A stretch of DNA of 64,000 bases from Bacteroidota bacterium (GTDB taxonomy: Bacteria > Bacteroidota > Ignavibacteria > UBA10030 > SZUA-254), in the NCBI GenBank assembly GCA_035635475.1, contig DASQAZ010000117.1:21988-85987 (forward strand). The letters are read 5' to 3'. Positions 1-11,434 of the stretch are shown in pieces. Made by a program: the position numbers and the translations under genes. Position 1 is the stretch's first letter. Each line of letters begins with the position of its first letter. The notes beneath the pieces were generated by a model. The model ran no database searches, was not told the DNA's origin, and saw nothing but the letters and a program-made list of their open reading frames with translations.

Positions 1-1482
1 GGATTTGTAGGATTCGGCAAAAGCGTCCCACGGGTTGTCGCGAACCTGCTTGTGCCCGAGCGAAATGCGCCGTTGAGCGACATCGACTCCGAGGATCACG
101 ACCTCGAGCCGGTCCCCCTTTTTCACGACCTCACCCGGGTGCCGGATTTTCTTTGTCCATGACAGGTCTGAAATGTGCACCAGACCGTCCACGCCGTCTT
201 CGAGCTCAACGAACACCCCAAAGTTCGTCAGGTTGCGGACAATGCCGGTGTGTTTGGATCCGACCGGATATTTCTCAAGAAGATTCATCCACGGATCGGG
301 CTCCAGCTGTTTCATTCCGAGGGAGATCTTCTTGTTTTCTTTGTCCAGGCTGAGGATGACCGCATCGACCATCTGTCCCATCGAGACGACTTGCGACGGA
401 TGCTTGATATGCTGGGTCCAGCTCATTTCCGAAATGTGAATGAGGCCCTCGATCCCTTTTTCAATCTCAATGAATGCTCCGTAATCGGCGAGCGAGACGA
501 CTTTCCCCGTGACCTTTGTTCCCACCGGATATTTCGTCTCGATGTTTTCCCACGGATGGGGCTGCAGTTGCTTCAGGCCGAGTGAGATGCGCTTCTTTGC
601 CTCGTCGAAATCCAGAACGACGACGGTGATCGTCTGATCGAGCTTCACGACTTCGGAGGGATGGTTGACCCGGCCCCAGGAAAGGTCGGTGATATGAATG
701 AGACCGTCGACCCCGCCCAAATCGACGAAGACGCCGAAGTCCGTGATCGCTTTTGCGGTGCCTTCGAGAACCTGGCCCTTCTCGAGGCTGTTCAGGATCA
801 GACTGCGCTGCTCCTGCATCTCGGCCTCGATGAGAACCTTGTGACTTACGACCACGTTTTCATTCGGGTGGTTGATCTTCGCCACGCGGAATTCCATCGT
901 CTTGCCGAGAAACTGGTCGAAATCCCGGACCGGCTTCACGTCGATCTGGGAGCCGGGAAGGAAGGCATCGAGACCCATCAGGTCAACGACCAGGCCCCCC
1001 TTGATACGCCGGGTGACTTTCCCCGTCAGCACCTCGCCGGTTTCGTACGATTTTGTAATGCGCTCCCACGTCCGCATGAAATCGGCGCGCTTCCGGGACA
1101 GAACGAGTTGGCCGTCCTTATTCTCGACGGCTTCAAGAAACACTTCCACGTCATCGCCGGGTTTCAGCTCGTCAATATTCGGAAACTCCGCAAGCGGCAC
1201 GAGTCCCTCCGACTTGAAGCCGATATCGATCGCAACGCCGTTGTCTGTAATCGCCACAATCTTGCCCTTGACAATTTGTCCCTCATGGATGCTGCTGAAC
1301 GTGTTGTCATAGAGCCGGGCCAGCTCTTTGAATTCCTCCGGAGAATACTCTCGCTCCTCAATTTCAGAAAAATTGAATTTCTTGCCGGTGGAGCGGGTTG
1401 GTGTATGAGAAGGTCTTACAGCGTCTCTCAATGATGGGGGTGCCGCCGCTTGAAGCATCTTGTCCTTACTATCTTCCGCCAT
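1..1482 (-). CDS. rpsA: 30S ribosomal protein S1 (N-terminal ~490 aa; the C-terminus runs off the window start)
   Basis: Minus-strand translation from ATG at 1482..1480 (preceded by GGAG) reads [20 protein letters not shown]...[32 protein letters not shown]. Further downstream there are repeated S1 domains, e.g. [57 protein letters not shown]. It is absent from the ORF track because there is no in-window stop. The plus-strand ORFs 175..585 and 661..1434 are antisense artefacts. Confidence 0.85.
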   Translation of the reverse strand, partial: MAEDSKDKMLQAAAPPSLRDAVRPSHTPTRSTGKKFNFSEIEEREYSPEEFKELARLYDNTFSSIHEGQIVKGKIVAITDNGVAIDIGFKSEGLVPLAEFPNIDELKPGDDVEVFLEAVENKDGQLVLSRKRADFMRTWERITKSYETGEVLTGKVTRRIKGGLVVDLMGLDAFLPGSQIDVKPVRDFDQFLGKTMEFRVAKINHPNENVVVSHKVLIEAEMQEQRSLILNSLEKGQVLEGTAKAITDFGVFVDLGGVDGLIHITDLSWGRVNHPSEVVKLDQTITVVVLDFDEAKKRISLGLKQLQPHPWENIETKYPVGTKVTGKVVSLADYGAFIEIEKGIEGLIHISEMSWTQHIKHPSQVVSMGQMVDAVILSLDKENKKISLGMKQLEPDPWMNLLEKYPVGSKHTGIVRNLTNFGVFVELEDGVDGLVHISDLSWTKKIRHPGEVVKKGDRLEVVILGVDVAQRRISLGHKQVRDNPWDAFAESYKS

Positions 1483-1630
1483 TCAGTCTCCTTACTGCCG
1501 GTCGATTCGCATGGTTACCGCCTCGACCGTACTCTCTTTTTCGCGGCGGCGGTGAAAGTCATCTGAACACCCGCCGTTCGGAAAAAGATTGTAACTGTTT
1601 GCTTGATGATTGTTAATTAGGATGACTTTC

Positions 1631-2572
1631 TTACACTTGTGCGCTGACCGGTTCGCCCGGTGATCCAGAGCGTTCCGGACGAGATTGGGGTGCCATCTCT
1701 TCGACCGCTTGCTTGATTCGCTCCATCAGCCATTGGGGAGTCGATGTCGCGCCGCTGATTCCGGCCGTCTCTACGCCGGCAAACCACTCGGCCCGCAACT
1801 CCGATTCCATCTCGACGAAGTAGGTTCGCGGGTTTGCCTCCTGGCAGATATGATAGAGAACCTTTCCGTTCGAGCTGTTCCGGCCCGCGACGAACACTAC
1901 CACGTCGTTGCTCCTCGCAAATTCCCGGAGCTTTTTGTCGCGCCCGAAGACTTGTCCGCAGATGGTATCTTTCGCGTGAAACTCGGCGGCTTCCTCATCG
2001 AAGCTGTCGATCACCAATTCCTTGATTCGTTTTTGAAACTCTTCCTTGAGTTGGTAAAATGTTGCCTTATCCATCGTGGTTTGGGAGAACAGTACCGTTT
2101 TCCGGTTGAGATCAACCTGGGCGATCTCCTCCATCGATTTAATTACGATGGCTTGCCCATTGGTCTGACCGACCAGACCGATGACCTCGGCGTGATCTTT
2201 CTTCCCGTAGATGACGACCTGATAACCCTGGTCGTGAAACTTCTTGATCCTCTCCTGCACTTTCCAGACGACGGGGCACGTGGCATCGACGAGCGTGACT
2301 CCCGCCTCGCGGGCGCGCGCGAAGGTCGATGGGGGCTCGCCGTGCGCCCGGATCAAAACTTTTCCGTCCCGGATATTCGGGAGGTCGGCGTGGGAGATTG
2401 TCTTCAATCCCCTTTTTCTCAGCCGCTCGGTTTCCATGGGGTTGTGGATAATGTCACCGAGGACGTAGAGCGATTCGCCGGGAGGATTCGCCCCGAGCTC
2501 CGCCTCGGCGATGTCAATCGTTCGGATGACACCCCAGCAGAACCCTGCGCTCTTATCGATCGTGACTGTCAC
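1631..2572 (-). CDS. ispH: 4-hydroxy-3-methylbut-2-enyl diphosphate reductase (IspH/LytB)
   Basis: Translation has IspH signatures SAGFCWGV, DATCPVVWKV and GRNSSNGKVLY. Length (313 aa) is typical. Confidence 0.9.
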   Translation of the reverse strand: MTVTIDKSAGFCWGVIRTIDIAEAELGANPPGESLYVLGDIIHNPMETERLRKRGLKTISHADLPNIRDGKVLIRAHGEPPSTFARAREAGVTLVDATCPVVWKVQERIKKFHDQGYQVVIYGKKDHAEVIGLVGQTNGQAIVIKSMEEIAQVDLNRKTVLFSQTTMDKATFYQLKEEFQKRIKELVIDSFDEEAAEFHAKDTICGQVFGRDKKLREFARSNDVVVFVAGRNSSNGKVLYHICQEANPRTYFVEMESELRAEWFAGVETAGISGATSTPQWLMERIKQAVEEMAPQSRPERSGSPGEPVSAQV

Positions 2573-3249
2573 GCCCGGCTCCGTAAAATTTCTCTCGCTT
2601 TCTGTACGACGTATTCAACCTGTTGTTCAACCGAGAGCCGCGACGTGTCGAGCTCAATCGCGTCGGGCGCCTTCCGAAGGGGACTGTTCACGCGGCTCGC
2701 GTCTCTTTGATCTCGTTCTTCAAGCTCGCCCTTCAACGTATCGACCGGGACTTCGATCCCTCCGCCCTGCAGTTCCCGGGCGCGGCGCCTGGCCCGTTCT
2801 TTGACGTCCGCGACAAGGTAGATTTTCAGATCGGCATCAGGAAGCACGACCGTCCCGATATCCCGGCCTTCGATCACCACGCCGCCTCCTTGAGCGATCC
2901 TGCGCTGCTGACGAACCATGATCTCACGCACTTGCTTGATCGCGCTCACCCGGCTTACAGCTTTGGTGACGGCCGGGCTTCGGATCGCACGCGTGACATC
3001 TCGCCCGTTCACTTTCACTTTGAATTCGTCCCGGGAGTGCTCAAAGGTCAGCTGCATTTCTTTGGCGAGTTTTCCGATGAGCCGCTCATCTCCCAGGTCA
3101 AGCTTTTCCTCAAGCGCCCTGAGCGTCACCGCCCGGTACATGGCCCCGGTATCGATGAAAACGTAGCCCAATCGGTCTGCCGTCAGCCGCGCGGTGGTAC
3201 TCTTGCCCGACGCGGCGGGGCCGTCGATTGCAATGACCAGTTTCTTCAA
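2569..3249 (-). CDS. cmk: cytidylate kinase
   Basis: N-terminal P-loop IAIDGPAASGKSTTARL and overall CMP-kinase architecture. It overlaps ispH by 4 bp (operon). Confidence 0.9.
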   Translation of the reverse strand: MKKLVIAIDGPAASGKSTTARLTADRLGYVFIDTGAMYRAVTLRALEEKLDLGDERLIGKLAKEMQLTFEHSRDEFKVKVNGRDVTRAIRSPAVTKAVSRVSAIKQVREIMVRQQRRIAQGGGVVIEGRDIGTVVLPDADLKIYLVADVKERARRRARELQGGGIEVPVDTLKGELEERDQRDASRVNSPLRKAPDAIELDTSRLSVEQQVEYVVQKAREILRSRA

Positions 3250-3350
3250 AATCCGGGCGTTTTGGGTGGATCCTTGAGCCGGTCAATATACTAAATAATC
3301 TCCACCGAATCAATACCGAAACGGCCCTAAAATTCCTTATCTTTCATAAT

Positions 3351-3887
3351 ATGAGGAAATTGACGTACGACGAACTATCGGCCAAACGCCTCACCCCTGA
3401 GCAGCTCTCGCAGGAGCAGCGGTACCCGATTTTCATCCTGCTGGACAATATTCGGAGTTTGTACAACGTCGGCTCAATCTTCAGGACGGCAGACGGCGCC
3501 CGCATTTCGAACCTGATCCTCTGCGGGTACACGCCCCATCCGCCGAGAAAAGAGATCGAGAAAACTGCGCTCGGAGCAACGGGGACGGTTCCCTGGACTT
3601 ATATCACCAGCGCGGTGGAGGCGATCGCGGAATTAAAGTCCAAAGGGATCCGAATTTGCGTCCTCGAACAGACCGAAACGAGCCGGGCCTACCACTCCAT
3701 CACACCCGACCTTTTTCCGGTATGTCTCGTTGTCGGGAATGAGATCACGGGCGTTTCCGCGCAGGTGATGGCGGAGGCGGATCTTGCAGTCGAGATTCCG
3801 ATGTTCGGAATGAAGCAGTCGCTGAACGCCGCCGTGGCGTTGGGGATTACGCTCTTTGAGTTCGTCCGGGTGTGGAACGGCCGTTGA
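3351..3887 (+). CDS. SpoU/TrmH-family (SPOUT) RNA 2'-O-methyltransferase
   Basis: SPOUT motifs: LLDNIRSLYNVGSIFRTADGA (motif 1), LVVGNEITGVS (motif 2), IPMFGMKQSLNAAVALGITLFE (motif 3). Confidence 0.7.
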   Translation: MRKLTYDELSAKRLTPEQLSQEQRYPIFILLDNIRSLYNVGSIFRTADGARISNLILCGYTPHPPRKEIEKTALGATGTVPWTYITSAVEAIAELKSKGIRICVLEQTETSRAYHSITPDLFPVCLVVGNEITGVSAQVMAEADLAVEIPMFGMKQSLNAAVALGITLFEFVRVWNGR

Positions 3888-3944
3888 AGCCTCCCACTTG
3901 TCCCGCATGGTCCTGCGGTGCGGGACATGGCGGGACCGGCGGGA

Positions 3945-6900
3945 TTATGCGGGGTTATCGATGATCTCGCGCACGCGCTGGAGGATCGCGTCGGACATAT
4001 ACGGCTTCTGGATAAAATCCTTCGCACCGGCCTTTACCATGTCCATCTTCAAGCGGGGTTCGAAATACCCGCTGGCAAGAACGGCCTTCACGTGCGGGTT
4101 GATTTCCTTGATTGCCTGAAACATTTCCCATCCTCCCAGTTTGGGCAAACCCATGTCCGACAGGACGAGGGCGATCTCATCCTTGTGGTTCCTGTAAACC
4201 TCAACCGCCGTCTTCCCGTCGTGGGCTGTGAGCACACGATACCCCTGTTGTTCGAAGAGTCCCTTGAGTAAGTCGCACAGCAATACCTCATCCTCCACCA
4301 CAAGAATCGTTTCGTGGCCGCCCGGGGGTTCACTCCGGGTGTCGCCCTCTGCGGGCGCGGTTTCCTCAGCGCCGGTCTGCACCGGCAGGAAAATGCTGAA
4401 TGTCGTGCCCGCGCCGCGCCTGCTCTCGACATCAATAAATCCGTGATGGCTGTCGACTACGCCGTAGACAACCGCCAGGCCCAAACCTGTTCCTTTGCCG
4501 ACTTCTTTCGTCGTGAAGAACGGTTCGAAGATCCGGTTCTTCGTGGCCTCGTCCATTCCGAGGCCGTTATCAGCGACGCTCACGCACACATACTTGCCGC
4601 CCGAGGCGGTAGAAAACCGGGCGGCGACCACGGATCCCGGGCAAACGGAGGTGCGTAGGGTCAGGACCCGGGCGCGTGTCCCGTTCGATTCGTCGAGCAT
4701 CGCATCCCTCGCATTCACGCTCAGGTTCAATAACGCCTGATGAAGCTGCGAAGCGTCGGCGACCACGGGGGGCACCTTGTCTTCGAGCTGCGTGGAGATC
4801 GTGATAATTTTTGGAAATGTTTGCGCCAGCATCTTCGTCAGTTCCCGGACAGTCTCGTTCACATCGATCGATTGGAACGACGGATCGCTCCTTCGCGCGA
4901 ATGTGAGCAACTGCCTGACGAGGGAGGCGCCCCGTTCGACGGCAACCGTTATAGTTTCAAGTCCTTGCTTGACCTTGGCCGGCTCGGCTTTGTTGCGCTG
5001 CATCAGGGTGGTGTATCCCAGAATGATCCCGAGTATGTTATTAAAATCGTGCGCAATCCCGCCGGCGAGGGTTCCGATGCCCTCCATCTTCTGTGCCTGC
5101 CGGAACTGTTCCTCCAGTTTCTTGCGTTCCGTAATATCTCTGAGAAAACCGCGGTAGGCGACCGTCTTCCCCTGCGGATCGTGAACCGCCCAGGTGTTCG
5201 CGAGAACGACCCTGCGTTCCCCGTTTTTTCGTCTAATTTCCAGCTCAAAGTCCAGGACGGACCCGTCTCGAGCCAGCTTGTCTTTGAAGATGTCGCGGTA
5301 TCCGGCGTTGACATAGACGTCGCGGTCCAGATCAACCTTCAAAAGCTCTTCCTTCGATGCATACCCCAAGAGTTCGATTCCCGAACTGTTAACGTCCATC
5401 AGTGTTCCGTCAGGGGCGCTCAGGAAGATGGCGTCTTTCGATTCTTCAAAGAGAGTCCGGTACTTTTCCTCCGAAAGCCGGAGCAGTTCTTCCGAACGTT
5501 TTTGCTCCGTCACATCGCGCTGTGTTCCCCAAACCCGTTTCAGCAATCCCTTATCGACGATGCCCACGAGATTATTCAGGAAGTACCGTTTGGCTCCGGT
5601 TCTGTCGGTTCCCCGCGACTGGGCGTCGGTGAGGCGGTAATCGGACTGAATGAACGCACCGAGCAAGCCGTTCCCTCCGCCCTCATCCGGAGGAAGGAGA
5701 TCTCCCACTTTGCATCCGATAATCTCCTTCGCGTGCGAGAACCCGTGAATATGGGCAATCGCATCGTTGCACTCCGCGAGATAGGCGTGGGAATAGAATA
5801 GCTTGACTTGCTCCGCTTCAGGTAAAGAAGTCCCGATCGGCTTTTCGAGTTCAAACCGCCAGATTCCCTCGGAACTCTGTTCGACAAACCTCCGGTAGCG
5901 CTCTTCGCCGACGCGGAGGGCTTCTTCCGCCTGCTTTCGTTCGATGGCCCTCGCCACCTGCGATGAGACAAATTCAAGGATATTTTGTTCCCGTTCGCCG
6001 TAAGCGTCCGGATCGGAATAGTGCTGAACGACCATGACTCCGATGGTTTTCTTCTCGACGACGAGCGGGACGCCAAGCCAGATGGGCGACGGCGAGCCGA
6101 TCAGCTCGGCCTCTCCGCGCCGCCGTAGTTCCTCGTGTACCGAGGTGTTGCAGAGGAGCGGTGTCCCGGTCCTCAGGACGAATTCCGTCAAACCCTTCCC
6201 GGGCTTTTTCGGAGGCGATGGTGAGTCGGCTTCGTCGACGAAATACGGAAAGCTGATGAGGCCCGAGCGCTCATCATAGAGCGCGATATAGAAGTTGTTT
6301 GCGGACATGACCTCATGGATGATCCCGTGGACAGCCCGGAACAGCTCCTCGAGCGTGGGCGCGATATCCGCCGCCTGGGCGATACGATAGACGGCCGATT
6401 GAAGCTGTTCGGCACGTTTGCGTTCGGTGATGTCCTGGGCAACGACAAGCTGTGCGTTTCTGCCGCCGAATTGCAACTTGTGAGAGCTGACTTCCACATC
6501 GATGACCGTGCCGTCTTTCAGAGTATGTCTCCAGGGCCCCGAAGGATGGACACTCGGGTCCGGTTCCTTCAACCGGGCTTTTAAAAGCGGCACATCTTCA
6601 GTGGGACGGATCTCCGTGATCCGCATGGCGAGAAATTCTTCGCGGGAATATCCATATTTCTCCACCGCAGATTCATTCACCTCGAGAAACTCCAGCGTGC
6701 CGGTATCAAAGACCCACATCGGGAGCGGACTATTCCGGAACATCAGGCGGAAGCTCTCTTCCCGCTCCATCGCCGCCTGCTGGGCTTCCTTTAATGCCGA
6801 GAATTCTTTCCGTCGCTCGGAGATATCCCGTGCGATCCCGACGAGGCCGACCGGGTTTCCGGATTCGTCACGCACTACCGAGGTCCACAACTCGACGGGA

Positions 6901-7565
6901 AAATCGGTTCCGTCCTTCCGGCGGTTGACGAGCTCGCCGTTCCAGGATCCCGCCATTGTGGCTGACAGAATCTGGCGTGTGAGATCCGGAGAATGACCGG
7001 GTGACCGGACGATCTCGATATTCCGCCCGACCAGCTCCTCCTCGGTGTAGCCGTACATTTCGCAGAAGGCTGGATTTATAAATAGTATCGTGTTGTCCAA
7101 CCCCGTCAAACAGAACGAGTCGCGCGTGCACGTCAGAGCATAGGCAATGAGCCTGAGTTTTTGCGCGGCCTCAGTCCGGTCGGTCACATCGCGCGATATG
7201 ACGACGACCTGAGCAGGGTTTCCCCTGCTGTCGCGGTTCAGGCTCCCCTGCGATTCGATGTGCCGCACCTGGCCGTCCTTGGCCATGAAACGGTACTCGG
7301 CCCGCCGGCCCACACCCGTCTTGACCGCTTCCTGGAAGACCCGCCGGATATGGTCCCTGTCCTCGGGGTGGACATCCTCGAATGAGTCTGTTCCCCGGGC
7401 GTCGGTATCCCCGAGAATTCTCCGGTAGTTCGGATTAGTATAGAGGCGCCTTCCCTCGAGGTCGAGAACGGCGATCAGTTCATCCACGTTTTCCAGAATG
7501 AGACCCAGCAGGCGGTCATCCAGCAGCAGCTTCGGCGGCGAGATCGGTTTCTTCAATTCCAACAT
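3945..7565 (-). CDS. multi-PAS/GAF hybrid sensor histidine kinase with C-terminal receiver domain
   Basis: 1206 aa with several PAS-like segments. HisKA H-box is [13 protein letters not shown], followed by an HATPase_c region ([16 protein letters not shown]) and a C-terminal REC domain ([10 protein letters not shown]...LVLSDMGLP...KP). Confidence 0.85.
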   Translation of the reverse strand: MLELKKPISPPKLLLDDRLLGLILENVDELIAVLDLEGRRLYTNPNYRRILGDTDARGTDSFEDVHPEDRDHIRRVFQEAVKTGVGRRAEYRFMAKDGQVRHIESQGSLNRDSRGNPAQVVVISRDVTDRTEAAQKLRLIAYALTCTRDSFCLTGLDNTILFINPAFCEMYGYTEEELVGRNIEIVRSPGHSPDLTRQILSATMAGSWNGELVNRRKDGTDFPVELWTSVVRDESGNPVGLVGIARDISERRKEFSALKEAQQAAMEREESFRLMFRNSPLPMWVFDTGTLEFLEVNESAVEKYGYSREEFLAMRITEIRPTEDVPLLKARLKEPDPSVHPSGPWRHTLKDGTVIDVEVSSHKLQFGGRNAQLVVAQDITERKRAEQLQSAVYRIAQAADIAPTLEELFRAVHGIIHEVMSANNFYIALYDERSGLISFPYFVDEADSPSPPKKPGKGLTEFVLRTGTPLLCNTSVHEELRRRGEAELIGSPSPIWLGVPLVVEKKTIGVMVVQHYSDPDAYGEREQNILEFVSSQVARAIERKQAEEALRVGEERYRRFVEQSSEGIWRFELEKPIGTSLPEAEQVKLFYSHAYLAECNDAIAHIHGFSHAKEIIGCKVGDLLPPDEGGGNGLLGAFIQSDYRLTDAQSRGTDRTGAKRYFLNNLVGIVDKGLLKRVWGTQRDVTEQKRSEELLRLSEEKYRTLFEESKDAIFLSAPDGTLMDVNSSGIELLGYASKEELLKVDLDRDVYVNAGYRDIFKDKLARDGSVLDFELEIRRKNGERRVVLANTWAVHDPQGKTVAYRGFLRDITERKKLEEQFRQAQKMEGIGTLAGGIAHDFNNILGIILGYTTLMQRNKAEPAKVKQGLETITVAVERGASLVRQLLTFARRSDPSFQSIDVNETVRELTKMLAQTFPKIITISTQLEDKVPPVVADASQLHQALLNLSVNARDAMLDESNGTRARVLTLRTSVCPGSVVAARFSTASGGKYVCVSVADNGLGMDEATKNRIFEPFFTTKEVGKGTGLGLAVVYGVVDSHHGFIDVESRRGAGTTFSIFLPVQTGAEETAPAEGDTRSEPPGGHETILVVEDEVLLCDLLKGLFEQQGYRVLTAHDGKTAVEVYRNHKDEIALVLSDMGLPKLGGWEMFQAIKEINPHVKAVLASGYFEPRLKMDMVKAGAKDFIQKPYMSDAILQRVREIIDNPA

Positions 7566-7665
7566 GTAACAAAATATGCTAAATCTGGGTTTTTTTGAGG
7601 CTTGAATCTAGGAAAGTTTCAGGGGCACTTCAAGTGGGGTATGTCGTTCATCACTCTAAAGCGGA

Positions 7666-8337
7666 TTAATACGTCACATCATACGCCAGGGTGAAGAATT
7701 CCTCGCGTTCGTGGGTGTGGATCCGGATGACGCCGGCGCGGACGAGCCCGACGAGGGTCCGTGACGCCCGGCGATCGCTGATATTGACCAGCCTTCCGAA
7801 TTCCCGGAGTGTGATGCGCTGGTGCTGCTCCAAATGCTGAAACAACCTTCGCTCGTTCTCCCCGATCGCTATTTTGAGCGGCGGCGCGTTCACATTTTCA
7901 TTTTCGAGAATGCGGACGACTTCCCGGCTGGCCATGACGGTTTTGTCGTTCATCCGGATGTAGACGCGTGTATTTTCCCCGTTCATACGGTCGTGCGCTC
8001 CGAGAAAATAATGGGGCTTGTTCCGGCTTTCCTCGATTCGGCATACGATGACGTCCCTCCCATCAAAAGGCACAATCGTGATGCTCGGCCGAATCGCCGG
8101 GTCGCAGCAGTCTCTTCCGGCGAGCTCGATCAGTTCAACCTCGGATTTTTCACTCTCGACACCCGCGATCGAACCGTCGTCGTCAACCCCGAAGAGAATC
8201 GTCCCGCCCTTCGTGTTTGCGAACGAGATGATCGTACGGGCAATTTTCTCCGGCGATGAGATCCGCCGCTTGAATTCGATGCCGAATCCTTCGCCGTCTT
8301 CGATCAGCCGATTGACATCGCGAAAATTCATGTCCAA
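7666..8337 (-). CDS. AlbA_2 (Schlafen-like divergent AAA) domain protein with C-terminal winged-helix HTH; putative transcriptional regulator
   Basis: N-terminal pattern EFKRRISSPEKIARTIISFANTKGGTILFGVDDDG is typical of the AlbA_2 putative DNA-binding domain. The C-terminal part LFQHLEQHQRITLREFGRLVNISDRRASRTLVGLVRAGVI looks like a wHTH. Confidence 0.6.
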   Translation of the reverse strand: MDMNFRDVNRLIEDGEGFGIEFKRRISSPEKIARTIISFANTKGGTILFGVDDDGSIAGVESEKSEVELIELAGRDCCDPAIRPSITIVPFDGRDVIVCRIEESRNKPHYFLGAHDRMNGENTRVYIRMNDKTVMASREVVRILENENVNAPPLKIAIGENERRLFQHLEQHQRITLREFGRLVNISDRRASRTLVGLVRAGVIRIHTHEREEFFTLAYDVTY

Positions 8338-8369
8338 TAGATCCAGTAATTGAGGGCTGTGTGCCAGGG

Positions 8370-8789
8370 CTATCGGCCCTGCCGGTCGAGGTAGCCCTGG
8401 AGGATCAGCGCCGAGGCCATCTCGTCGATCGTCCCCCGGGACCTGCGCTTGAATTTCCCGACATTCATCTCGCGGAGAGTCCGGTGCGCCTCCTGTGTCG
8501 TGAAGCGTTCATCCTGCCGGACAATTTCAATTCCAAGCTCCGCTTCGAGCGCCCGAATGAACTCCTCAACTTCTTCCGCCTTTGAACCCTTTTGGCCTTT
8601 GAGATTCAAGGGAATGCCGACGACTATTTTTTCAACTTCAAATTCGCCTGCGATGCGTTTGATTTCCCCGATCAATTTTTCCGAATTCGGCAGGACCGTC
8701 ACGCCGCGTGCGATGATGTTCAGCGGGTCGCTGACGGCGATGCCGACGCGCTTGCTTCCATAATCGATGCCGAGAACGCGTTTCCCCAA
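8370..8789 (-). CDS. ruvX: Holliday-junction resolvase-like protein RuvX/YqgF
   Basis: RNase-H-fold YqgF signature VLGIDYGSKRVGIAVSD. 139 aa. Confidence 0.85.
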   Translation of the reverse strand: MGKRVLGIDYGSKRVGIAVSDPLNIIARGVTVLPNSEKLIGEIKRIAGEFEVEKIVVGIPLNLKGQKGSKAEEVEEFIRALEAELGIEIVRQDERFTTQEAHRTLREMNVGKFKRRSRGTIDEMASALILQGYLDRQGR

Positions 8790-8801
8790 CGCCGATCAGG
8801 C

Positions 8802-9143
8802 TCAATTGTTCGATGGGATCCGGCCTTCAAGCGGCTGGGAGAGAAAACTCTTGAGAAGTTTTCCCGGCTTGAAATGGGACTTCCGGCGTGAGGGCACGAA
8901 GATCACTTCTCCCGATTTGGGATTGCGGGCTTTTGGTTTCGACTTTGTGGGCTTGACTTCAAAAACTCCGAAGTCGCGGATCTCGATGCGCAGCCCGGGA
9001 TTGGCGCTCATCATGATTTCGCGCACGGCGGTGAATACCCGCTCGGTCCACTTCGCGGAGGCATTCACCTTCTCGCCGCTCGCGAGCGCCACCTTCCTGA
9101 TGATATCTCTCTTCGTGTACGTCCTCGCCCGCCGACCGTTCAT
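8802..9143 (-). CDS. hup: HU/IHF-family DNA-binding protein
   Basis: HU-fold arm motif RDFGVFEVKPTKSKPKARNPKSGEVIFVPSRRKSHFKPGKLLK. Confidence 0.8.
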   Translation of the reverse strand: MNGRRARTYTKRDIIRKVALASGEKVNASAKWTERVFTAVREIMMSANPGLRIEIRDFGVFEVKPTKSKPKARNPKSGEVIFVPSRRKSHFKPGKLLKSFLSQPLEGRIPSNN

Positions 9144-9156
9144 TAAATCCCCCTTC

Positions 9157-11340
9157 CTATTCCATAAGGCGTTCAGCCCTGTAGACGCCTTTGATTTTCC
9201 GCAGCTTCTCGATCACGCGAGCGAGGTGATCCGTATGCTTGACGCCGATGATAATCGTCCCCTCGAAGGCGGAGTCTCTTGCATCGATCTTGACGCCGCG
9301 AATGTTCGTATTCTGATAGGTCGATATCGCGTGGGTGATCTCGTTGAGCATGCCGGCGCGATCTTCGCCGGAGATGCGGATCGCCGTCGGATATTCGACG
9401 CCGTTGGTGACGGGCCATCCGACTTCCACAATCCGCCGGGGATCGGTCGCAATCATGGAGGTCAGGTTCTTGCACGACTTCACATGGATTTTCACTCCCT
9501 CGCCCTTCGTGACGAATCCAACGATCTCGTCGCCGGGGATCGGGTTGCAGCACTTTGCATAGCTGTGCATGAAGTTGTCGTGGCTGCCAAAGAGCGTGAT
9601 TCCTCCGGTAATGCTTCTGGCGGTGCTGAGAAACCTGTTGAACAAACCTTCCGTCTTCTCCGGCTTGGACGCTTCCGGTTGCAAGTGCTTCTGCTTCAAT
9701 TCGATTTCCTGGAGGACGGCCTCGGGATTGATCTCACCGCGATGAATCTTCAAATAGAACTCGCGGAGATCGTCAATCCTGAAGTCGTGCAGGTATTTCA
9801 CCATCTCATCTTCGCCGATGTGCGCCTTGAACTTCTTGGCCTTCTTCTCCCACTGTTCCCGGCCTTCCGCGATTGCCGAACGCTCTTCTTCCTTCAGCCA
9901 CTTGCGGACCTGCGCCTTTGCCTTGTGCGTGACGACGAATTGGTCCCAATCGGCTTTCGGAGTCTGGTGTTTCGATGTGATGATCTCGACCTGATCGCCG
10001 CTGCGGAGCTGGGAATCGAGGGGGACAATCCTCCCGTTGACCTTTGCGCTGAGGCAATGAAAGCCCACGTTGGAGTGGACGGCGAAGGCGAAGTCGACGG
10101 GGGTCGCCCCTTTCGGCAGGATTCTCAGCTCGCCCTTGGGCGTGAACAAATAAATCTCGTCCTGGTACAAATTCAGTTTGAAGCTTTCCATGAGCTGTTT
10201 CGCCGGCGCTTCCTCATCGGCGTGCTCGAAGATCTCGCGCACCCAGGAGATCCAGTTCTCCAGCTCCTCATCCAGCGTCGAGAGATTCTCTTTGTACTTC
10301 CAGTGGGCTGCAACTCCCTTTTCGGCGATTTCGTGCATGGTCCGGGTCCGGATCTGCATCTCCACCATCTTCCCCTCCGGCCCGACGACGGTCGCATGAA
10401 TTGAACGGTAGCCGTTCTTCTTCGGAACCGAAATGTAATTCTTAAAGCGCTCCGGGATGGGGATATAAATAGAAGAGATGATCCCGTAAGCGGTGAAGCA
10501 ATCATTCTCATTCTCGGTGTCGAGGATGATGCGCACCGCAAACAGATCGTAAATTTCGTCGAGCGGCTTGCTCCGGCCCACCATCTTATTATAGATGCTG
10601 TAAAGGTGTTTCGGTCTTCCTTCGCTTTCGAATTTCATCCCCTCCTCCACAAGGCGCTTTTCGAGGGGCACGACAAATTTGCGGATGTACGACTCCCGCT
10701 CCTTCCGACGGGCTTTGAGCTGGCGCGCAATGTTTTCATAGTCTTCCGGATGAAGGTACTTGAAGGCGAGGTCTTCCAGCTCCCATTTAATCTTTGCCAG
10801 GCCGAACCGGTGGGCAAATGGCGCATAAATGTCAAGCGTCTCTTTCGCCAGGCGAAGCTGCTTCTCCTGGGGGAGGTATTCGAGCGTCCGCATGTTGTGC
10901 AGCCGATCGGCAAATTTCAGGAGCATCACGCGGATATCGTTCACCATGGAGAGCAGCATCTTTCGATAGCTCTCGGCCTGGGTCACCTCATGACTGCGGA
11001 AAATGTCCGATATCTTGGTAGCACCGTCGACGATGTCGGCGACCGTATCGCCGAATTCCTGACGGATGTCCTTGATTTGGAATTCGGTATCTTCTGCAAC
11101 GTCATGGAGGAGCGCGCTTGCCACGGACACGTCATCGAGGGGAATTTCTTTCGCCACAACCATCGCCACTTCGTAGGGGTGGTTGAAAAACGGATCGCCG
11201 GACGCCCGGATGTCGTTCTTGTGGGCCTCCAGACTGAACTCGAAGGCCTTCCGGATCAGCTCTTCGTTGACCGTTCGAAGGTTCTTCCGGCAAACGATAA
11301 GAAGATCTTCGAGTTTCTTTTTATATATGCCGTCGCGCAT
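9157..11340 (-). CDS. rel: bifunctional (p)ppGpp synthetase/hydrolase RelA/SpoT
   Basis: 727 aa. Contains an HD hydrolase motif (HPYEVAMVVA...LLHDVAEDT), a synthetase domain (YRSIHATVVGPEGKMVEMQIRT) and TGS and ACT-like C-terminal regions. Confidence 0.9.
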   Translation of the reverse strand: MRDGIYKKKLEDLLIVCRKNLRTVNEELIRKAFEFSLEAHKNDIRASGDPFFNHPYEVAMVVAKEIPLDDVSVASALLHDVAEDTEFQIKDIRQEFGDTVADIVDGATKISDIFRSHEVTQAESYRKMLLSMVNDIRVMLLKFADRLHNMRTLEYLPQEKQLRLAKETLDIYAPFAHRFGLAKIKWELEDLAFKYLHPEDYENIARQLKARRKERESYIRKFVVPLEKRLVEEGMKFESEGRPKHLYSIYNKMVGRSKPLDEIYDLFAVRIILDTENENDCFTAYGIISSIYIPIPERFKNYISVPKKNGYRSIHATVVGPEGKMVEMQIRTRTMHEIAEKGVAAHWKYKENLSTLDEELENWISWVREIFEHADEEAPAKQLMESFKLNLYQDEIYLFTPKGELRILPKGATPVDFAFAVHSNVGFHCLSAKVNGRIVPLDSQLRSGDQVEIITSKHQTPKADWDQFVVTHKAKAQVRKWLKEEERSAIAEGREQWEKKAKKFKAHIGEDEMVKYLHDFRIDDLREFYLKIHRGEINPEAVLQEIELKQKHLQPEASKPEKTEGLFNRFLSTARSITGGITLFGSHDNFMHSYAKCCNPIPGDEIVGFVTKGEGVKIHVKSCKNLTSMIATDPRRIVEVGWPVTNGVEYPTAIRISGEDRAGMLNEITHAISTYQNTNIRGVKIDARDSAFEGTIIIGVKHTDHLARVIEKLRKIKGVYRAERLME

Positions 11341-11434
11341 ACCGTTCCGGTACCAGTCTCAACATCGAACGGGAGTTGTAAGTTCATCAAAATGCTGAAC
11401 TTGCTCCCCAAGAATATACTCCCGATGAGAATAA

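Noticed and set aside
175-1434. Plus-strand ORFs 175..585 and 661..1434 (136 and 257 aa)
   Set aside because: They lie antisense to the clearly identifiable rpsA gene (S1 domains on the minus strand). Their translations are low-complexity and Arg/Asp-rich, typical of high-GC antisense frames.
1685-2710. 341-aa plus-strand ORF
   Set aside because: Antisense to ispH/cmk, which have unambiguous family signatures. It is an antisense artefact.
4740-5801. 353-aa plus-strand ORF inside the hybrid kinase gene
   Set aside because: Opposite strand of a 1206-aa kinase with intact PAS/HisKA/HATPase/REC motifs. No family resemblance.
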